A stretch of DNA of 64,000 nucleotides from an uncultured Alphaproteobacteria bacterium. Lineage in GTDB: Bacteria > Pseudomonadota > Alphaproteobacteria > Sphingomonadales > Sphingomonadaceae. The position numbers were made by a program, and so were the translations under genes. The notes under the pieces are model-generated. The model saw only the letters and a list, made by a program, of their open reading frames with translations. It had not been told where the DNA came from and searched no databases. The number at the start of each line of letters is the position of its first letter. Position 1 is the stretch's first letter. Positions 61,234 to 64,000 of the stretch are shown here, piece by piece. Where the stretch lies: contig CAWGRB010000010.1 of NCBI GenBank assembly GCA_963824845.1, positions 7,091-71,090 on the forward strand, in the 5' to 3' direction.

Positions 61234-62794
61234 CTACTCCGCCGCTGGACCGTCCCGATAGGTGAGCACGGGCTTGCGCGCGGCAAGGGTCTCGTCGAGC
61301 CGCCGCCGCGGCGCATAGATCGGGGCCGCCTTGAGGGTCTCGTCGCCTGTCCGCGCTCGCTGCGCGATCGAGCGGATCGCGAGGATGAATTCGTCGAGGC
61401 TGCGCTTCGATTCGGTCTCGGTGGGCTCGATCAGCATGGCCCCGTGGACGACCAGCGGGAAATACATGGTCATCGGGTGGAAGCCCTCGTCGATCAGCGC
61501 CTTGGCGAGATCGAGCGTGTTCACCCCTTCGGCAAAGCCTTTATCGGAGAAGATCGCCTCGTGCATGCACGGACCGCTCTGCGCGAACGGTGCGTCGAGC
61601 ACGTCCTCGAGGCTGCGCAGGATGTAGTTGGCGTTGAGCACAGCATCCTCGGCGACCTGCTTGAGGCCGTCGGCGCCGTGGCTGAGGATGTAGGCGAGCG
61701 CGCGCGTGAACATGCCCATCTGGCCGTGGAACGCGACCATCCGGCCGAAGGCATTCGGGTGCTCGTCGCCGGCATTTTCCTCCGCGACCAGCTTGAGGCT
61801 GCCGTCCGCCATCCGCGCGACGAACGGCAGCGGACCGAACGGCGCGAGCGCTTCGGAGAGGACGACCGGTCCCGACCCCGGCCCGCCGCCGCCGTGGGGC
61901 GTCGAGAAGGTCTTGTGGAGGTTGATGTGCATCGCGTCGATGCCGAGGTCGCCCGGCCGGACCTTGCCGACGATCGCGTTGAAATTGGCGCCGTCGCAAT
62001 AGACGAACGCGCCGGCGGCGTGGACCGCCTCACTAATCGCGATCATGTCCGGCTCGAACAGCCCGCAGGTGTTCGGATTGGTGATCATGACCGCAGCGAT
62101 GTCCGGGCCAAGCCGCGACTTGAGGGCGTCTAGGTCGACCCGTCCGGCCGCGTTCGCCGGGATGTTCTCGACGCGGTAGCCGGCAAAGGCGGCAGTCGCG
62201 GGATTGGTGCCGTGGGCACTTTCCGGGACAAGCACGACCTCGCGCTTGTCGCCGCGTGCTTCGAGCGCCGCGCGGATGCAGAGCAGCCCGCACAGCTCGC
62301 CGTGGGCGCCCGCCTTCGGGCTCATGGCGACGGCGTGCATTCCGGTTAGCTTGAGCAGCCAGAGCGGCGAGCTCGTCGATCACCTGGAGCGCGCCCTGGA
62401 CCGTCTCCTGCGGCTGCAGCGGGTGGACGTCCGCGAACCCAGGCAACCGCGCGATTTTCTCGTTGAGCCGAGGATTGTGCTTCATCGTGCACGAGCCGAG
62501 CGGGAACAGGCCGAGGTCGATCGCGTAATTCTGCCGCGACAGGCGGGTGTAGTGACGGACGGTTTCGGGCTCGGACAGGCCGGGGAGATCGATCGGGCGG
62601 GTGCGCTCGAGACCGCCGAGGCGATCGCCGCCGGTCTTCACCGGCGCGAAGTCGACCCCGGTCTGCTCGGCGGAGCCGATCTCGAACAGCAGCGGCTCCT
62701 CGAGCATCAGGGCGCGGTTGCCGGTGACGGTGCGGGTCTCGCCGGCCTCGTTGGCGGGTGCCGAGGGCCGCCAGCCCGACGGGTTGACGGTCAT
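61234..62794 (-). CDS. gcvPB: glycine dehydrogenase subunit 2 (frameshifted)
   Basis: [42 protein letters not shown]. Confidence 0.97.
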
Positions 62795-64000
62795 TGCACC
62801 ACCTCCTTCAGCGCCGCTGCGAAGGCGTCGATGTCTTGCTCGGTCGCGACCTCCGTGACCGCAACCACCACGCCGTTCTGCAGGGCCTCGGCGCCGGGAT
62901 AGAGCCGGCCGAGCGACACGCCGCCGAGCACGCCGCGCTCGACCAGGGCATGAAGCGCCGGCCGCGCCTCGATCGGAAGCTCCAGCGTGAATTCGTTGAA
63001 GAAGCTGTCGTTCACGAGGCGAACGCCGGGAATCGCGGACAATCGCACCGCCGCCTCGCACGCGCGCGCGTGGTTCAAGGACGCCAGCTGCCTCAGCCCC
63101 TTCTCGCCGAGCAGCGTCAGGTGGACGGTGAAGGCGAGCGCGCACAGCACCGAGCTGGTGCAGATGTTCGACGTCGCCTTTTCGCGTCGGATATGCTGCT
63201 CGCGGGTCGAGAGCGTCAGCACGAAGCCGCGCTTGCCCTCGGCATCGACGGTCTCGCCGGCGAGGCGGCCGGGCATCTGCCGGACGTGCTTCTCGCGGCA
63301 GGCGAACAGGCCGAGGTAGGGTCCGCCGAACTGCAGGCCGACGCCGATCGACTGGCCCTCGCCAACCACGATGTCGGCGCCCATCTCGCCGGGCGACTTG
63401 ATGAGGCCGAGCGCGACCGGCTCGGTGACGACGGCAATCAGAAGCGCACCGGCGGCATGCGCAGCCTCGGCGATCGGGGTCAGGTCGGTGATGCGGCCGA
63501 GAATGTCGGGGTACTGGACGACCACGGCGCTGGTCTCCGGGCCGATCTTGCCGACCACCCGCTCGACGTCGGTCGTCGCCGTCAACTCGGGAATCGTCGT
63601 GTCGAGCGCGTCGCCAGTGAACTTGGCCATCGTCTTGGCGACGCTGACATAATGCGGGTGAACGCTCGACGAGATCACGGTCTTGTTCCGCCGCGTGATG
63701 CGGTGCGCCATCAGGATCGCTTCCCACATCGCCGTCGAGCCGTCGTACATCGACGCGTTGGCGACTTCGCAGCCGAACAGGCGGGCGACCTGCGTCTGGA
63801 ACTCGAACATCATCTGCAGCGTGCCCTGCGCGATCTCGGGCTGGTACGGCGTGTAGCTGGTCAGATATTCGCCCCGCTGGATGATATGGTCGACACTCGC
63901 CGGAACATGATGCTTGTAGGCGCCGCAGCCGACGAAGAACGGCACGTCGCCCGCCACCATGTTCTTGCGCGACAGGGCGGCCATGTGCCGCTCGACCGCC
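62791..64000 (-). CDS. gcvPA: glycine dehydrogenase subunit 1 (5' end outside window)
   Basis: [41 protein letters not shown]. Confidence 0.97.
   Translation of the reverse strand, partial: AVERHMAALSRKNMVAGDVPFFVGCGAYKHHVPASVDHIIQRGEYLTSYTPYQPEIAQGTLQMMFEFQTQVARLFGCEVANASMYDGSTAMWEAILMAHRITRRNKTVISSSVHPHYVSVAKTMAKFTGDALDTTIPELTATTDVERVVGKIGPETSAVVVQYPDILGRITDLTPIAEAAHAAGALLIAVVTEPVALGLIKSPGEMGADIVVGEGQSIGVGLQFGGPYLGLFACREKHVRQMPGRLAGETVDAEGKRGFVLTLSTREQHIRREKATSNICTSSVLCALAFTVHLTLLGEKGLRQLASLNHARACEAAVRLSAIPGVRLVNDSFFNEFTLELPIEARPALHALVERGVLGGVSLGRLYPGAEALQNGVVVAVTEVATEQDIDAFAAALKEVVQ

Overview
High-GC alphaproteobacterial core chromosome, most consistent with Sphingomonadaceae on gene order and protein style. 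Many single-base indels split essential genes; these are almost certainly long-read consensus errors, so ends of split genes are approximate. Content in order: def-recR/fmt-truA, trxB, pyrG-secG-tpiA, ppiD-lexA (SOS box), comEC, gltX-gltA, a divergent cluster of uncharacterised genes, rnj-coaX-birA, the complete nuoA-N operon, suhB-efp, thiE-fba-pgk-gap-tkt, zapA-6S RNA-ygfA, two outer-membrane barrels, tRNA-Asp, two PilZ genes and gcvPB/PA. I saw no IS, prophage or CRISPR array. Two observations stand out. (1) Three REP-like palindromes sit in nuo gene junctions, and each is crossed by a 41-46 codon 'bridge' ORF that starts at or just after the upstream stop and ends on the downstream start, which could preserve translational coupling. 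(2) A candidate polarity module: a TipN-like coiled-coil gene divergent from a degenerate nucleotidyltransferase/CDP-alcohol transferase-like gene, a DUF2336-like gene with a CtrA-like box, and a histidine kinase lacking the H-box His. All family assignments come from motif recognition, not database searches.
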